From Escherichia phage vB_EcoM-UFV11, in sequence record OP555982.1: a stretch of DNA of 64,000 nt. One strand, 5' to 3'. Position numbers and translations under genes: made by a program. Below are positions 63,080 through 64,000 of this stretch, piece after piece. The notes beneath the pieces were generated by a model that worked only from the letters and a program-made list of their open reading frames with translations, had not been told where the DNA came from and ran no database searches. The stretch's first letter is position 1; the number at the start of each line of letters is the position of its first letter.

Positions 63080-64000
63080 ATGACTTTATTATCTCCGGGC
63101 ATTGAGCTCAAAGAAACTACGGTTCAAAGCACCGTGGTTAATAACTCTACTGGTACAGCAGCTTTGGCCGGTAAATTCCAGTGGGGTCCTGCTTTTCAGA
63201 TTAAACAGGTTACAAATGAAGTAGATTTAGTTAATACTTTTGGTCAACCAACCGCTGAAACTGCTGACTATTTTATGTCTGCGATGAATTTCTTGCAGTA
63301 CGGAAATGACTTACGAGTAGTTCGTGCTGTTGATAGAGATACCGCTAAAAACTCATCTCCGATTGCTGGTAATATTGAATACACAATTTCTACCCCAGGT
63401 AGTAACTATGCAGTTGGAGATAAAATCACGGTCAAATATGTTTCAGATGATATTGAAACTGAAGGTAAAATTACTGAAGTAGACGCAGATGGAAAAATTA
63501 AGAAAATTAATATTCCTACTGCAAAAATTATCGCTAAAGCAAAAGAAGTCGGTGAATATCCAACACTAGGTTCTAACTGGACTGCAGAAATTTCTTCATC
63601 TTCTTCCGGTTTAGCTGCAGTAATAACTCTTGGAAAAATTATTACTGATTCCGGTATTTTATTAGCTGAAATCGAGAGCGCTGAAACTGCTATGACAGCA
63701 GTTGATTTTCAGGCAAATCTTGAAAAATATGGAATTCCAGGAGTAGTAGCTCTCTATCCAGGCGAATTAGGCGATAAAATTGAAATTGAAATCGTATCTA
63801 AAGCTGACTATGCGAAAGGCGCTTCTGCATTACTCCCAATTTATCCAGGTGGTGGTACTCGTGCATCTACTGCTAAAGCGGTGTTTGGATATGGACCACA
63901 AACTGATTCACAGTACGCTATTATAGTTCGTCGAAATGATGCTATTGTTCAAAGCGTTGTTCTTTCAACTAAGCGTGGTGAAAAAGATATTTACGATAGT
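63080..64000 (+). CDS. 18: tail sheath protein gp18 (5' part, runs past window end)
   Basis: MTLLSPGIELKETTVQSTVVNNSTGTAALAGKFQWGPAFQIKQVTNEVDLVNTFGQP... open to the end of the window. Confidence 0.9.
   Translation, partial: MTLLSPGIELKETTVQSTVVNNSTGTAALAGKFQWGPAFQIKQVTNEVDLVNTFGQPTAETADYFMSAMNFLQYGNDLRVVRAVDRDTAKNSSPIAGNIEYTISTPGSNYAVGDKITVKYVSDDIETEGKITEVDADGKIKKINIPTAKIIAKAKEVGEYPTLGSNWTAEISSSSSGLAAVITLGKIITDSGILLAEIESAETAMTAVDFQANLEKYGIPGVVALYPGELGDKIEIEIVSKADYAKGASALLPIYPGGGTRASTAKAVFGYGPQTDSQYAIIVRRNDAIVQSVVLSTKRGEKDIYDS

Overview
This window reads as a contiguous block of a T4-like (T-even, Tequatrovirus-type) phage genome running from gene 46 to the start of gene 18. From 1 to about 42.5 kb almost everything is on the minus strand: early/middle genes 46, 47, a-gt, 55, nrdH, nrdG, nrdD, 49, nrdC, rI, tk, regB, lysozyme e, nudE, an 11-gene tRNA cluster, internal-protein genes, 57B/57A, 1, 3, 2 and 4. 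From 42.5 kb to the end the late structural module is on the plus strand: 53, 5, 5.4, 6-12, wac, 13-17 and the 5' part of 18. Identifications rest on protein motifs, lengths and gene order recalled from phage T4; no database search was possible. The phage is not T4 itself: lysozyme differs from the T4 sequence as I recall it, the tRNA set has anticodons T4 lacks (His, Asn, Tyr), nrdD is uninterrupted, and I could not recognise denV, mobD or segB. Expression signals are unusually legible: about a dozen T4-type early promoters (GTTTAC-N18-TATAAT-like), TATAAATA late promoters, and GC-stem hairpins that read as UUCG/GNRA tetraloops on the transcript. The best candidates for accessory or undescribed content are in the variable regions. 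The strongest is a promoter-to-terminator bounded operon at 20.8-23.5 kb encoding a micro-ORF, two paralogous proteins, a 3-TM protein and a Pol-beta-type nucleotidyltransferase, next to an AAA+ ATPase. Others are a perfect 99-bp in-frame tandem duplication, a macro-domain protein, a GrcA-like gene with host-like GC, a P-loop NTPase pair where denV is expected, and an extra internal-protein cassette with a capsid-targeting leader. All functional readings of these are hypotheses.
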